The notes beneath the pieces are model-generated. The model searched no databases, had not been told where the DNA came from, and saw nothing but the letters and a program-made list of their open reading frames with translations. A DNA stretch of 64,000 nt from Candidatus Hydrothermus pacificus. GTDB taxonomy: Bacteria; Hydrothermota; Hydrothermia; Hydrothermales; Hydrothermaceae. This document shows positions 1 to 10,887 of this stretch, one piece after another (within the stretch, counting starts at the first letter, position 1; each line of letters begins with the position of its first letter). The position numbers and the translations under genes were made by a program. The DNA is taken from assembly GCA_002011615.1 (NCBI GenBank), contig MTOH01000006.1:18036-82035 (forward strand). Direction: 5' to 3'.

Positions 1-361
1 GAATTTCAAAACCGTCAACAAGTATAAAATCAAAGGGAACCTTCAACCTTCTTAAAGCCCTTTTCATGGCAACAAATGTAGCATTTCTTATGTTTATTCT
101 ATCAATTGTTTTAGGGTATACCATTCCAAAAGAATATTTTATCTCTTTAATCTTCGTAATTTTTTTAAAAATTCTTTCCCGCTTTTCATGAGACAGAGTT
201 TTAGAATCTGCTATCCCTCTCAACCTCAAACTCTCAGGTATATAACAGGCACATGCAATCACAGGTCCTGCAATTGGTCCGCGTCCTGCTTCATCCACTC
301 CAACAGGAAAATTAGAATGGACTCCATAATATCTTTCAATAAAATTTTTTGCCCGGTACAC
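1..361 (-). CDS. rnhB: Ribonuclease HII, 5' part (runs off the left edge)
   Basis: Not in the ORF track. Manual translation from GTG at 361 gives VYRAKNFIERYYGVHSNFPVGVDEAGRGPIAGPVIACAC, containing the GVDEAGRGP motif; lies directly after rplS. Confidence 0.92.
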   Translation of the reverse strand, partial: MYRAKNFIERYYGVHSNFPVGVDEAGRGPIAGPVIACACYIPESLRLRGIADSKTLSHEKRERIFKKITKIKEIKYSFGMVYPKTIDRINIRNATFVAMKRALRRLKVPFDFILVDGFEI

Positions 362-362
362 T

Positions 363-746
363 TCAGTTAGTTTTTCTCTGTTTCACTCTGGCTGCCTTAC
401 CTGTTTTCCCTCTTAAATAATAAAGTTTCGCTCTTCTTACTTTTCCTTTGCGTCTTACTTCTATTTTTTCAATCAGAGGTGAATGAAGAGGAAAAGTTTT
501 TTCTATCCCTACACCCTGTGTTATCTTTCTTACAGTGAAAGTCTCTGATATTCCTCCTCCTTTTCTTCTCATAACGACCCCCTCAAAGGGTTGGATTCGG
601 GTTTTTTCCACAAGTTTCCTGCTCTTTACATCCTCTTTAAGCTCGGTAATTCTCATATATACTTTGACAGTATCACCGGGACCAAATTCAGGAATTTCCT
701 TTTTGGCATACTCCTTTTCAATCTCCTTCACTTTCTGATAGGTCAT
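363..746 (-). CDS. rplS: 50S ribosomal protein bL19
   Basis: [35 protein letters not shown]; follows trmD. Confidence 0.98.
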   Translation of the reverse strand: MTYQKVKEIEKEYAKKEIPEFGPGDTVKVYMRITELKEDVKSRKLVEKTRIQPFEGVVMRRKGGGISETFTVRKITQGVGIEKTFPLHSPLIEKIEVRRKGKVRRAKLYYLRGKTGKAARVKQRKTN

Positions 747-1467
747 TTTTTACCTCCTTTTTTAATTCATGCAAAAGAGAGAGCTCTTCCTTATTTAATT
801 TAATTTTATTCAAAAGTTCAGGTCTTTTGAGTAAAGTTTTTTTTAATGCCTCTTTTTTTCTAAATCTCTCTATCTCTGCATGGTTCCCGGAGATTAAAAT
901 TTCGGGAACACAATAACCTTCAAATTCTCTGGGTCTTGTGTAAACAGGGTAACCCAGTATACCCGAAAAAAAAGAATCGCCTTCAGCAGAATCAAAATGA
1001 CCAAGAGCATCGGGTAGAAGTCTTGAAATTGAGTCAACAAAAACAAAACAGGCAGGTTCACCTCCTGAGAGAACATAATCTCCTATGGAAATCTCCATAT
1101 CTATATAATTTTTAAATCTCTCATCAACACCTTTATATCTCCCACAGAAGAGTATAAAATGCTCTTTCCTTGAGAACTCATTAACCATCGCCTGAGTAAG
1201 TGTCTTACCCGATGCTTCAAAAAGAACGGAGATACTGTTCTTATCTTTTAATTTGTTTAGAGCTCTTACAAGGGGTTCTATTTTCAAAACCATTCCACTT
1301 CCACCACCATACTGATAATCATCAACCTCTTTTGGTGAATCTGCAAAATCTCTCAAATTGTGAATTTCTAATTTTAAAGTACCGTTATCAATGCACTTTT
1401 TAATCGGTCCAAAGGAAAATGCAGATTCAAAAAATTCAGGAAAAAGAGTAACAATATCTACCTTCAT
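718..1467 (-). CDS. trmD: tRNA (guanine-N1)-methyltransferase
   Basis: [53 protein letters not shown]. Confidence 0.97.
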   Translation of the reverse strand: MKVDIVTLFPEFFESAFSFGPIKKCIDNGTLKLEIHNLRDFADSPKEVDDYQYGGGSGMVLKIEPLVRALNKLKDKNSISVLFEASGKTLTQAMVNEFSRKEHFILFCGRYKGVDERFKNYIDMEISIGDYVLSGGEPACFVFVDSISRLLPDALGHFDSAEGDSFFSGILGYPVYTRPREFEGYCVPEILISGNHAEIERFRKKEALKKTLLKRPELLNKIKLNKEELSLLHELKKEVKNDLSESEGD

Positions 1468-1973
1468 AATCCCTCTGGTATGTTCAAAATTATTTTTTCA
1501 TTTTCAAAATCTATTTTTTTTATGTATTCTTTAATAGCAGGTAAAATAATTTCCCTGCCTTCTTCATTTAGAATAATAAAATAATCATAGGGTTTTCTCT
1601 TCATAACAGTCTCAAGAATCCCTACTTTTTTCCCTTTTTCATCAAATGCAGTAAGTCCTTCAAGGTCAAAAACATAAAAGCCTTCGTCATCAGTTTCTAT
1701 TAAATCTTCCCGTTTGACAAACAGGTAGTGCCCTTCAATTGCCTTTGCCTTTTCAAGGGTTTCTATGTCTTTAAATTTAAAGATGAAGCGCCGCCTGCTT
1801 TTTTTCGCAGTTTCTACATCGAGTTTCTTTTGTTCTCCTTTATATCTGATGTAAAAATATTTATATTCAACTAAGGTTTCTGGATATTCTGTTTCAGAAA
1901 CTACCACTACCTCCCCTTTTGCTCCGTAGGATTTTAAAATCCTACCTACACAGATAAGCCCTCTATACCTCAC
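1464..1973 (-). CDS. rimM: 16S rRNA processing protein RimM
   Basis: [35 protein letters not shown]; canonical operon position. Confidence 0.93.
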   Translation of the reverse strand: MRYRGLICVGRILKSYGAKGEVVVVSETEYPETLVEYKYFYIRYKGEQKKLDVETAKKSRRRFIFKFKDIETLEKAKAIEGHYLFVKREDLIETDDEGFYVFDLEGLTAFDEKGKKVGILETVMKRKPYDYFIILNEEGREIILPAIKEYIKKIDFENEKIILNIPEGL

Positions 1974-2209
1974 TCCAAGATCTCAAGCATTGCTCTTTTG
2001 CCTTTCTTGGAAGCAGCGGCTGAGAGCAAAGTGCGCAGGGCTTTTGCAGTTTTACCTTCTTTCCCTATGACTTTACCCAGATCAGTAGACGAAACCTTAA
2101 GTTCATACACAACAACTCTTTCTCCGGGTATCTCTTTTACAGAAACATGCTCGGGATTATCCACTATATGTTTAACCACAAACTCCAGCAGTTCTTTCAT
2201 GTCATTCAC
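1970..2209 (-). CDS. khpA: KH-domain RNA-binding protein (KhpA/YlqC)
   Basis: [20 protein letters not shown]; lies between rpsP and rimM. Confidence 0.93.
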   Translation of the reverse strand: MNDMKELLEFVVKHIVDNPEHVSVKEIPGERVVVYELKVSSTDLGKVIGKEGKTAKALRTLLSAAASKKGKRAMLEILE

Positions 2210-2498
2210 CTCCTTTTGAGTCTTTGTTTATTGTTTCAGCAGGCGTCGCTTCATCTTCTTTTTTTAAATTCTTATAAAGTTTTACAAGAGCTTTAACCCG
2301 TGATGTGGTCTGGGCTCCTTTTTTTATCCACTCTTCGTACTTATCTAATTTCAGAGCAAAACCTTCTTTTTTAAGAGGGTCATAAAAACCGATTATCTCG
2401 CAAACCTCACCATCTCTTTTTTTCCTTGAATCAGTGACCACTATCCGATAGAAAGGTCTTTTCTTTTTTCCAATACGTAAAAGCCGAATGCGCACCAT
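2202..2498 (-). CDS. rpsP: 30S ribosomal protein bS16
   Basis: [30 protein letters not shown]...IGFYDP...GAQ. Confidence 0.98.
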   Translation of the reverse strand: MVRIRLLRIGKKKRPFYRIVVTDSRKKRDGEVCEIIGFYDPLKKEGFALKLDKYEEWIKKGAQTTSRVKALVKLYKNLKKEDEATPAETINKDSKGGE

Positions 2499-2543
2499 CT
2501 CTTTTATCTCCTAAATTTTATAAATTTAAAAAATAAGTGTTTA

Positions 2544-2607
2544 ATTATAAGGTAAAAGTAAACTATTTGCAATCTTTTTGACTTAAAAGTATAAAAAGTC
2601 GTATAAT
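2544..2607. promoter_or_regulatory. Divergent sigma70-type promoters for the rpsP operon and the MCP gene
   Basis: Minus strand: TTGCAA(2572-2567)-17 bp-TATAAT(2549-2544). Plus strand: TTGACT(2578-2583)-18 bp-TATAAT(2602-2607). Confidence 0.7.
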
Positions 2608-2613
2608 AAATTC

Positions 2614-4293
2614 TTGGAAAAAATGAAAAAACTACTGAAATATTTCAGCGGATTAAGATTGAGAATAATAATTATAATATCTATTTTCTCAATGGCCATT
2701 ATCCTCCTTTACTCTTACTTTTACGCAAGAACAGCAAATAACCTGATTAATAAAAACTCTGAAAAGATTGCAAACATAATAAGAAATACTCTTAAAGGGG
2801 AAGCAGAAATAGCAATAACAACAGGCGATACAACTTTCATATCTTCTATCATGAGCGAAATTGTTAAGGACCCTGCCATACTATCAATCGAAATTTTTGA
2901 TTCAACAGGCAATAAATTCATTGGGATATCAAAGGATAATTTTCAAGCAGAAAGTATTATCAACTTATGTAGCAGTGCCTGTCACAGGGAAAAAATCCCT
3001 GTTAAAAAACTGGAAACTCAAAATTACTTTATGTTCTCTTTTCCTATAATAACATTAGTAGATGAAAACGAGAAATTTATGGGTAAAATGAATGTATACT
3101 TCAGTAAAGAACCTTTTATTAAAATCCTTAACAGAATAACTTTTTTTTCAATAGTAATGGGAATAATCGTTTTGCTCTTTGGATTTATCTTTTCCTTAAC
3201 TCTTACAAGGTTGTTTTTTGAAAGATTAAAAAACATAAAGACAAAACTTATAGAAATTGCAAAAGGTGAATCCGATTTAACAAGAAGAATAGAAATAAAG
3301 GAAGATAGTGAGTTTCAGGAAATAGCGAATTCTTTTAATACATTTGTAAACAGTTTATCTAAGAGAATATTTACAACCAAGGCAAGTTCAATGAGGGTGA
3401 GTGAATTTTCAGAGAATATATCCAGTGCAATAGAAGAACTAACAGCCTCTTCACATGAAGTAACTGATACAGTTCAAAAGGTTGCGAATATGGCTACAGA
3501 GAGTGCTAAAAATGTTTTAGAAGCTTCCAAATCCATAAAAGAACTCCTGGACATAGCTCTCACAACAAGCGAAGAAGCAAAAGAAATGCAGGAAATTGAA
3601 AATTATTCCTATAATCTTGCTCTTCAGGGTAGAAAAATATCAGAAAATGTAAGTGGTGAACTTGGCAGGGTTACATTTGCAATGAACAAATTGAGAAACA
3701 GTATAGATAATCTGGGAACATTACTAAAGGACATCCTTGAAATTTCAAATACCATCACTATATTTATGAAAAGAACAAATTTACTTTCCCTTAATGCATC
3801 AATAGAAGCTGCCAGGGCAGGAGCCCATGGAAAAGGTTTCTCAATTGTTGCAAATGAAATAAGAAGACTTGCAGAGGATTCTTCTTCCTATGCAGAAAAA
3901 ATACAGGGAATTGTTGAAAGAATCACTCTGACTCTTGAGGACTCAACAAAGGGATTAATTGATAATCAGAAAGCCATAGAAAATGCAAAAGATACAATAA
4001 TAAAAGCGGTAGAACAGCTAAAGAAGATTGCTGATGAGTCAGAGGAAACAATGGAAAAAATTGAGAAAATTGCAAAGTTAACAAATATGCAAAGGTCAGA
4101 AATAGAGAAACTGGCCAGATTTATGGACAGAGTGGGAGAAGTAACCGAGCAAACGAGTGTCTCTGCAGAAGAGATTGCAGCGAGCATGGAAGAACAGCTT
4201 GCATCCTTAGAGGAAATATCAGCTTCAACTTCAGAACTGGCCAGCATAAGTGAGGAACTTAAAGCAAGTTTAAGGGGGTTTAAAATTGATTAG
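2614..4293 (+). CDS. Methyl-accepting chemotaxis protein (2 TM, periplasmic sensor, HAMP, signalling domain)
   Basis: Two TM helices, HAMP (GESDLTRRI...[12 protein letters not shown]), hairpin tip [33 protein letters not shown]. Start is TTG 2614 or ATG 2623. Confidence 0.95.
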   Translation: MEKMKKLLKYFSGLRLRIIIIISIFSMAIILLYSYFYARTANNLINKNSEKIANIIRNTLKGEAEIAITTGDTTFISSIMSEIVKDPAILSIEIFDSTGNKFIGISKDNFQAESIINLCSSACHREKIPVKKLETQNYFMFSFPIITLVDENEKFMGKMNVYFSKEPFIKILNRITFFSIVMGIIVLLFGFIFSLTLTRLFFERLKNIKTKLIEIAKGESDLTRRIEIKEDSEFQEIANSFNTFVNSLSKRIFTTKASSMRVSEFSENISSAIEELTASSHEVTDTVQKVANMATESAKNVLEASKSIKELLDIALTTSEEAKEMQEIENYSYNLALQGRKISENVSGELGRVTFAMNKLRNSIDNLGTLLKDILEISNTITIFMKRTNLLSLNASIEAARAGAHGKGFSIVANEIRRLAEDSSSYAEKIQGIVERITLTLEDSTKGLIDNQKAIENAKDTIIKAVEQLKKIADESEETMEKIEKIAKLTNMQRSEIEKLARFMDRVGEVTEQTSVSAEEIAASMEEQLASLEEISASTSELASISEELKASLRGFKID

Positions 4294-4915
4294 AAAATAT
4301 CCATTGATAATTTTTGTGATTCTATCCTCATGTTTTAAGAACTCACTTATAGATAGAATAAGTGATGATTACTTTCCCCTTTACAATGGCTTTAAAACTA
4401 AATTTCTGCACCTTCCCTATCAGGATACCACTTTTATAGAGGTGCTCAGAGACACTTCTATATTGGGACAGGAAGCCAAAATAACTTCTTTTTTTGGTGA
4501 GCAGAGGTTATTTAAAAAAGACAACGATTATGTAAGAGAATATTTAAAAGAAATATTTTATACAGGTGAAGAAAGATATGTCCTTGAAGAAGATTTTATT
4601 CCCTTTATTCCAGCCATCTTTATAAAAGGTGAAAACATTATTGATAGTGTAAAGAGGACAATTCTCATAGAAGGAGACACTCTTATTTATAAAAGGAAAA
4701 TCAGTATCAAAACAGATGGTCCAAAATCTTTCAGGATTGATGAGGTTGAATTTGAGAATTCTTTTGAGGTTATACGAAAACTTGAGATAAAGGTGGAAGG
4801 TCCTATTATAAATTATGAAAAAATTCAGAACACCCATGAAGTTTATACTCCTTTAAAAGGTTTGATATTTTATATTTTTTCTGAAGATACGTTTAAATAT
4901 ATAGGAGGTAGATAA
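4286..4915 (+). CDS. Hypothetical lipoprotein
   Basis: N-terminal hydrophobic stretch with lipobox-like LSSC; overlaps the MCP stop and ends 1 bp before gcvT. Confidence 0.6.
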   Translation: MIRKYPLIIFVILSSCFKNSLIDRISDDYFPLYNGFKTKFLHLPYQDTTFIEVLRDTSILGQEAKITSFFGEQRLFKKDNDYVREYLKEIFYTGEERYVLEEDFIPFIPAIFIKGENIIDSVKRTILIEGDTLIYKRKISIKTDGPKSFRIDEVEFENSFEVIRKLEIKVEGPIINYEKIQNTHEVYTPLKGLIFYIFSEDTFKYIGGR

Positions 4916-4916
4916 A

Positions 4917-6011
4917 ATGTTAAAAAGGACTCCTTTTTACAAATTTCATACAGAATTAAACGCACGAATGGTTCCTTTTGCCGGCTTTGAAATGCCTGTT
5001 CAATACGAAGGAATAATCAAAGAAACCCTTTATACCAGGCAAAAACTTGTCTTATTTGATGTTTCTCATATGGGAGAGATAGAAATAAAGGGTAAAGACG
5101 CTCTTCATTACCTGTCCTATGTGGTATCTAATGACCCTTCAAAAATTAAAGATTATCAGGTCCAGTATGCTGTTCTTTTAAATGAAAGAGGTGGAGCTGT
5201 TGATGACCTTCTAATCTACAAACTTCCTGATAGATATCTCCTTGTTGTAAACGCCGCAAACACTGATAAAGACTACAACTTTCTTCTGGAACATAAAAAA
5301 GGAGAGGTCGAAATAAAAAACCTGAGTGATGAGATTGCACAGCTTGCAATACAGGGACCCTTTGCAGAAGCTCATTTAAGGGACACACTGGGACTTGAAC
5401 TTTCGGATATGAAATTTTACTGGTCAATGGAAACAAAATATAAAGATATACCCATTCTGGTTTCAAGAACCGGCTACACGGGTGAAGACGGCTTTGAAAT
5501 TTATGTCAAAAAAAATTATGCTGAAGAAATATGGAATACTGTATTCAAAAATGATATAAAACCAGCAGGTCTTGGGGCAAGGGATACATTGAGACTTGAA
5601 ATGGGATATCCTCTTTATGGTCATGAACTTAATGATGACATAAGCCCTCTTGAAGCAGGACTTAAAAGGTTTGTGAAATTAAAGGATGAATTTCTCGGTA
5701 AAGATAGGATAGTAAAAGAATTGGAGCAGGGTGTTAATAAAAAACTAATTGCCTTTTTCAGTGAAGAAAAAGGAAGCATCCCGAGAGAAAAAATGAAAAT
5801 TTATGCAGAGGGTGAAGAGATAGGTTATGTAACTTCTGGAATATTTTCTCCCACATTAAATTATTCCATAGGAATGGGTTATGTTAAAAGCGACTTCACA
5901 GACGAGAAGGTGCATATAGACATAAGAGGGAAATTAAAGGAGTTTAAAATATGCTCCTTACCTTTTGTAAAAGAAACTTCTCTGAAAGTTTCTAAAAAGA
6001 GAAAGCAGTAG
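4917..6011 (+). CDS. gcvT: Glycine cleavage system aminomethyltransferase T
   Basis: MVPFAGFEMPVQY, FDVSHMGE, SRTGYTGEDGFE, GLGARDTLRLEMG. Confidence 0.97.
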   Translation: MLKRTPFYKFHTELNARMVPFAGFEMPVQYEGIIKETLYTRQKLVLFDVSHMGEIEIKGKDALHYLSYVVSNDPSKIKDYQVQYAVLLNERGGAVDDLLIYKLPDRYLLVVNAANTDKDYNFLLEHKKGEVEIKNLSDEIAQLAIQGPFAEAHLRDTLGLELSDMKFYWSMETKYKDIPILVSRTGYTGEDGFEIYVKKNYAEEIWNTVFKNDIKPAGLGARDTLRLEMGYPLYGHELNDDISPLEAGLKRFVKLKDEFLGKDRIVKELEQGVNKKLIAFFSEEKGSIPREKMKIYAEGEEIGYVTSGIFSPTLNYSIGMGYVKSDFTDEKVHIDIRGKLKEFKICSLPFVKETSLKVSKKRKQ

Positions 6012-7169
6012 GAAATTAGTTACCATACTTGTCCCTCCATAACTGAAAAAAGGAAGGGGAATTCCAGTTAGAGGTATAATTCCCATTTCCCCACCAAGAT
6101 TGAGAGAAAAAGAATAAAGATAAGAAAAAATCACCATAACAGAAAATATAAGGCTGAAGGAGTCGGTATATTTTAAAATGAATATGAGGTTCCAGAAAAA
6201 CAAAAAGTATATAGCAAACAGAATAGAGCTACCAATAAATCCGAATTCTTCTGCAAAAGAGGCGAATATAAAATCAGTATGGGCAGCTGGTAAAAAGGCA
6301 AGCCCCTTTTGCATACCCTTCATAAAACCCTTACCTGTAATCCTACCAGAACCTATTGCTATTAAGCCCTGGCTTATCTGCCAGCCTGCACCTTTTGGGT
6401 CAAGAGATGGATTTAAAAATACCTTTATTCTCTCACGTTGATAATCTTTTAAGACTTTGCTCCATACAAAAGGAGTGGCGAGCCCTATGAATATTGAAAT
6501 CAGGATAAAGCAAAAGGCAAACAATCTGCGGATTTTAACATATATTATAAAAACTGTCAGTATAATTAAGAAAAAAATAAAGGTAATATAGTTAAAGGAG
6601 AATATCAAAGAAAGAGGAGGAATGATATAAAAAAGTCTTACATTTATATCTGTTTTCCTGACCAGAATAATCATAAAAAACATAAATATATAAAAGATAG
6701 AGGAACCCATGTCCGGTTCTATAAGCACAAGCAGAAAGGGCAAAAAGCAAAGAAAAAAAAGATAAATACTATCTTTGAATTTTACATTTTCTTTATTCTG
6801 TAGAAATACCGGAAGGGAAATCAAAAAAGGGACCTTTGCTATCTCTGACGGTTGAAAAGAAAAAACTGGCATTTTTATCCATCTTTTAGGGTAAGGAGAA
6901 GTAAATAATGGAATTAATAAAAGTATTATTGTAATCAGATAATAGACCAGAAAATATCTGCGGGGTATTTTTATTCTTATAAACAAAAGATATATAAAAA
7001 TTGCAAAGAATATATTCATTATATGTTTCTGAAAAAGACCTGTAAATTTGCCTTTTGATATGGAGAAGATAGTCAGACTGCTCAGTATACATGCGAAAAT
7101 AACCAGAATTAAAGCCATGTTGTGCCTTAAATTTACATTCTTTTCTAAGGAAGTAGGTTTTTTTGCCAT
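5958..7169 (-). CDS. rodA: Rod shape-determining protein RodA (SEDS family)
   Basis: FQPSEIAK, EPDMG, YQRERI, FLPAAHTDFIFASFAEEFG, GIPLPFFSYGGTS; follows pbp2. Confidence 0.95.
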   Translation of the reverse strand: MAKKPTSLEKNVNLRHNMALILVIFACILSSLTIFSISKGKFTGLFQKHIMNIFFAIFIYLLFIRIKIPRRYFLVYYLITIILLLIPLFTSPYPKRWIKMPVFSFQPSEIAKVPFLISLPVFLQNKENVKFKDSIYLFFLCFLPFLLVLIEPDMGSSIFYIFMFFMIILVRKTDINVRLFYIIPPLSLIFSFNYITFIFFLIILTVFIIYVKIRRLFAFCFILISIFIGLATPFVWSKVLKDYQRERIKVFLNPSLDPKGAGWQISQGLIAIGSGRITGKGFMKGMQKGLAFLPAAHTDFIFASFAEEFGFIGSSILFAIYFLFFWNLIFILKYTDSFSLIFSVMVIFSYLYSFSLNLGGEMGIIPLTGIPLPFFSYGGTSMVTNFLLLSLFRNFQRSFFYKR

Positions 7170-8764
7170 TTTTTGTAAAGATAATTAAAAATTTTACCTG
7201 CCAGTGGGGCTGCCACCTCTCCTCCCATTCCGGCATTCTCAACAAGAACCATAACCAGAAAAACAGGGTCTTCAAAGGGTGCAAAACCGCAGAAAAGAGA
7301 ATGGTCCTCTCCAAAGGGATTTTGAGTGGTTCCTGTTTTACCTGCCACTTTCCATCCCTCTATAGCTGCGAGTCTTCCTGTGCCCTTTTCACCATTGCAA
7401 ACATAATAAAGAGCGTTTTTAACAATTTCTATATATTTTTTTTTGAAAGGCAAAATTAAAGTATCTTTTATCTCCACATTGTCTGCACCTATTTTTTTTA
7501 CAATATGAGGCTTTACCATTTTACCATTATTTGCTATCTGTCCTATAAAAACAGCTATCTGAATCGGTGTCAGAAGTATCTCGCCCTGGCCTATTGCAAG
7601 ATTTAAGACATTACCTTCAGAAAATCCATAAGGCCCATACCTTTTATAATAAAAATCAATGTCAGGGAAATAACCTCTTTTCTCTCCAAACACATCAAAA
7701 CACTTCTCTTCTTCAATCTTTGAAACATTTAATTTATCAAGAAATCTTTTAAGTCCTATCCTTCTGGCGATTTCATAAAAATAAACATCACAGGAAACTT
7801 CCACTGCTTTTCTGAAATTAACCTTTCCATGACCTTCTTTTTTCCAGTCTTTAAAGATCCTATTACCAAGTTTATACTTCCCTTTACACTCAATAATTTC
7901 ATTCGTATCTATTATTCCAAGTTCAAAACCTGTAAGTGCAGTAAAAATTTTAAAAATACTACCAGGAGGATAAACTCCACTTACCGCTCTGTTTAAAAGG
8001 GGATTAAGGGAATCATTTTTTATATTAAACCATTCTTTTTCGTTTACTTTTCCTGAAAGAATATTAATATCAAAAACAGGTTTGCTGTATATACTTAGAA
8101 TTTCGCCATTCTTAATATTAATCACTATACAGGCTCCTTTTTTATAAGGTAGAAAAAGAGAATCTATGTAAATCCCCATATCAACATCAAGGGATGTAAT
8201 AATATCCATGCCTTTTAGAGGAGCAATTGCTGGCCTGACTTCCTGACCCATTATATTACCTTTTGCATCTACCATACGAAAGGAAATACCATCCCTGCCT
8301 CTTAAGAATCCTTCATAGATTTTTTCCAGTCCGCTTTTTCCTGTTCTATCACCAAGTGAATAAAACCCTTTTAGAATTTCTTCTCTGGATGCCTTACCTG
8401 TCCATCCAATGGCATGGGAATATATACCTTTATAAGGATAAAGCCTGTAAGGTCTTCCTATTATATAAATTTTCTTTTCACTCTGTTCAAGTTTCACCAC
8501 TTCCTCAATACTGATATCCTCTTTAAGTATTGTATCTTCTATAAACACCTCGTATCCAGGTCTCCAGGAGGCAAGGACTTTTCCGTATCTATCAAATATC
8601 CTTCCTCTTAAAGCAGGGATTTCAATTTCTTTCACAATATTTCTCATAGACTTCCTGTTATATTCTTCTCCTTTAATTATTTCCAGATAGAATAGTCTTA
8701 TCATCATAACTCCGAATACAACATAAATAAGATATTTCAGGACTCTGGGTATTTTCTCTTCCAT
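7145..8764 (-). CDS. mrdA: Penicillin-binding protein 2
   Basis: RGRIFDRYG, GKSGLEK, SxxK (PGSIFK), SCDVYFY, KTGT. Confidence 0.93.
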   Translation of the reverse strand: MEEKIPRVLKYLIYVVFGVMMIRLFYLEIIKGEEYNRKSMRNIVKEIEIPALRGRIFDRYGKVLASWRPGYEVFIEDTILKEDISIEEVVKLEQSEKKIYIIGRPYRLYPYKGIYSHAIGWTGKASREEILKGFYSLGDRTGKSGLEKIYEGFLRGRDGISFRMVDAKGNIMGQEVRPAIAPLKGMDIITSLDVDMGIYIDSLFLPYKKGACIVINIKNGEILSIYSKPVFDINILSGKVNEKEWFNIKNDSLNPLLNRAVSGVYPPGSIFKIFTALTGFELGIIDTNEIIECKGKYKLGNRIFKDWKKEGHGKVNFRKAVEVSCDVYFYEIARRIGLKRFLDKLNVSKIEEEKCFDVFGEKRGYFPDIDFYYKRYGPYGFSEGNVLNLAIGQGEILLTPIQIAVFIGQIANNGKMVKPHIVKKIGADNVEIKDTLILPFKKKYIEIVKNALYYVCNGEKGTGRLAAIEGWKVAGKTGTTQNPFGEDHSLFCGFAPFEDPVFLVMVLVENAGMGGEVAAPLAGKIFNYLYKKWQKNLLP

Positions 8765-9156
8765 AATTTAAAACCCGCAGTTAAAATAACAGAAAAAATA
8801 AATGTGTTTAAAATATTTAAAAATCCAGGATATATCAGAGAAAAAAAAGATAGATAGATAACAAGAGCAAGAATAAAAAATACAACTGTAATTTTATAGT
8901 TTATATTCCTTTTTATCCATATAATAAAAAAGGGTAATAGCGCAAAATAAAAAGGTAAAACCCATACTCTATCAGGAACAAAGCTTTCAATTGCGAGAGC
9001 ATAGATAAAAGACAAGGGAAACGAATAAGCCGGTTGAAGTGTAAAATTAAGAAAAAGTAAAATTGAAAAAGAAAAGGCATGTTCAAAACCAGGAATAAAA
9101 AATCTCTCAAAGGGTATAATTGCGATTATTATCAAATAAAGTATTAAGTTCTTCAC
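8737..9156 (-). CDS. mreD: Putative MreD, divergent membrane protein
   Basis: Multi-pass hydrophobic protein between mreC and pbp2; the assignment is mainly positional. Confidence 0.6.
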   Translation of the reverse strand: MKNLILYLIIIAIIPFERFFIPGFEHAFSFSILLFLNFTLQPAYSFPLSFIYALAIESFVPDRVWVLPFYFALLPFFIIWIKRNINYKITVVFFILALVIYLSFFSLIYPGFLNILNTFIFSVILTAGFKLWKRKYPES

Positions 9157-9815
9157 CTTATAAAAAACAGCGATGATTTTGATGGGTCAAAAAGGGGGGT
9201 TACTCTTATTTCAAGAAAAACTTCTCCTTCCTTTTCAATGACTTCATGCACCACTCCCACGGGTATACCTTTCGGGAAAATACCTCCTATACCCGAGGTT
9301 AAAAGTGTGTCACCCTCTTTCACATCACTCCAGTATGGGATATACTCAAGCCTTAACATAAACTCACCCCTGCTTTTTAAAACACCGATAATCTGTGTTC
9401 TTTTATCAATAACTCCTATTTTAAATCCGGGTGAGAAGATTGTTCTTGCAATAACTCTATTCTTTTTCACCTCCTCAATAAGCCCGACAAGATTACCGTT
9501 TTGAAGAACCACTCTGTTTAAAACATCAATTTTATCAGGGCTTGAAAAAGTTATAGAATAAGGAGGGAAAAGAGGGTAATAATATATTTTATATGCAGGG
9601 AATACAACTTCCTTATTTTTCTCTTTTAAAACACTGATAAGTCGAGATTTTTCCATTTCCCATGTTTTCAGTCTATCAATATTTTTTTTTAACAGAACAG
9701 CAGGAAAATATAAATAATCAAGAAAAAAATGACTTATAAAACTTCTAACAGGTTTTACTAATAAAATAAGACTGAGAAGAAAAAATAAGGAAAGGTTGAA
9801 CTTTTCATTCCTCAT
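9153..9815 (-). CDS. mreC: Rod shape-determining protein MreC
   Basis: N-terminal TM, GNLVGLI, VKEGDTLLTSGIGGIFPKGIPVGVV. Confidence 0.92.
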   Translation of the reverse strand: MRNEKFNLSLFFLLSLILLVKPVRSFISHFFLDYLYFPAVLLKKNIDRLKTWEMEKSRLISVLKEKNKEVVFPAYKIYYYPLFPPYSITFSSPDKIDVLNRVVLQNGNLVGLIEEVKKNRVIARTIFSPGFKIGVIDKRTQIIGVLKSRGEFMLRLEYIPYWSDVKEGDTLLTSGIGGIFPKGIPVGVVHEVIEKEGEVFLEIRVTPLFDPSKSSLFFIR

Positions 9816-10857
9816 AGGGTTTTCTTGACCTTCTCAAAACCTTCCTGTACTTGTCCATTTCCTCTAAGATTCTACCCACTCCTTTAACCACACATTTACG
9901 GGGGTCATCAGCAACTTTCACCTTTAAACCTGTTTCCTTTTCTATCAATTTATCAAGTCCTTTTAAGAGTGCTCCCCCACCTGTTAAAAATATACCCTTA
10001 TCAATAATATCAGCAGAAAGTTCAGGGGGAGACTTTTCAAGAGCCTTTTTGATTGCATCCACTATTTGAGATACAGGGTCTTTTAAAGCTTCCATAATCT
10101 CAGTCGAAGAAACAACAATTGTCTTGGGTATCCCGCTCATCAAATCTCTGCCTCTTATTTCCATCTTATTCTCATCACCCTCATAAACCACTTTGCCTAT
10201 CTCTATTTTAACATTTTCTGCACCGGCCTCACCTATCAGCAATTTATACTTTCTCCTTACATAATCTATTATTGCTTCATCCATTTCATCACCTGCTGTT
10301 CGTATTGAGACATTCGTTACAATTCCGAAAAGAGCTATAACAGCAATTTCTGTGGTTCCTCCTCCTATATCTATAACCATATTTCCTGTGGGCTCTTCTA
10401 TGGGTAACCCGATGCCTACAGCAGCTGCGATGGGCTCGGAAACAAGATAAACCTCTCTTGCTCCTGCACTTTCTACAGAATCCTTAACCGCTCTTGCTTC
10501 AACCTCTGTTATTCCTGAAGGAACAGATATCAAAACTTTTGGCTGGGTTAAAAGAGCTTTTTTGGTAACTTTGGTAATAAAGGAATGCAGCATCTCCTGA
10601 ACAAGCTCAAAATCTGCAATAACTCCGTCCTTCATAGGTCTTTTCGCAATAATTTCACCCGGTGTTTTACCAAGCATTTTTTTTGCTTCGTGCCCAACAG
10701 CAAGCGGTTTACCTGCAGTCTTATCAATTGCGACAACCGAAGGTTCATCAAGCACAATGCCCTTGTCTTTCATATATATAAGGGTAGTCGCTGTCCCCAG
10801 ATCTATGGCAAGTTCGCTTCCAAAAGAAAATTTTAACCACTTAGGCCATTTAAACAT
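9805..10857 (-). CDS. mreB: Actin-like cell shape protein MreB
   Basis: AIDLGTA, RPMKDGVIADF, IDIGGGTTE, LTGGGALL. Confidence 0.98.
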   Translation of the reverse strand: MFKWPKWLKFSFGSELAIDLGTATTLIYMKDKGIVLDEPSVVAIDKTAGKPLAVGHEAKKMLGKTPGEIIAKRPMKDGVIADFELVQEMLHSFITKVTKKALLTQPKVLISVPSGITEVEARAVKDSVESAGAREVYLVSEPIAAAVGIGLPIEEPTGNMVIDIGGGTTEIAVIALFGIVTNVSIRTAGDEMDEAIIDYVRRKYKLLIGEAGAENVKIEIGKVVYEGDENKMEIRGRDLMSGIPKTIVVSSTEIMEALKDPVSQIVDAIKKALEKSPPELSADIIDKGIFLTGGGALLKGLDKLIEKETGLKVKVADDPRKCVVKGVGRILEEMDKYRKVLRRSRKPYEE

Positions 10858-10887
10858 ACTTTCGCCTCTTTTTAAATTATTTTAAAT

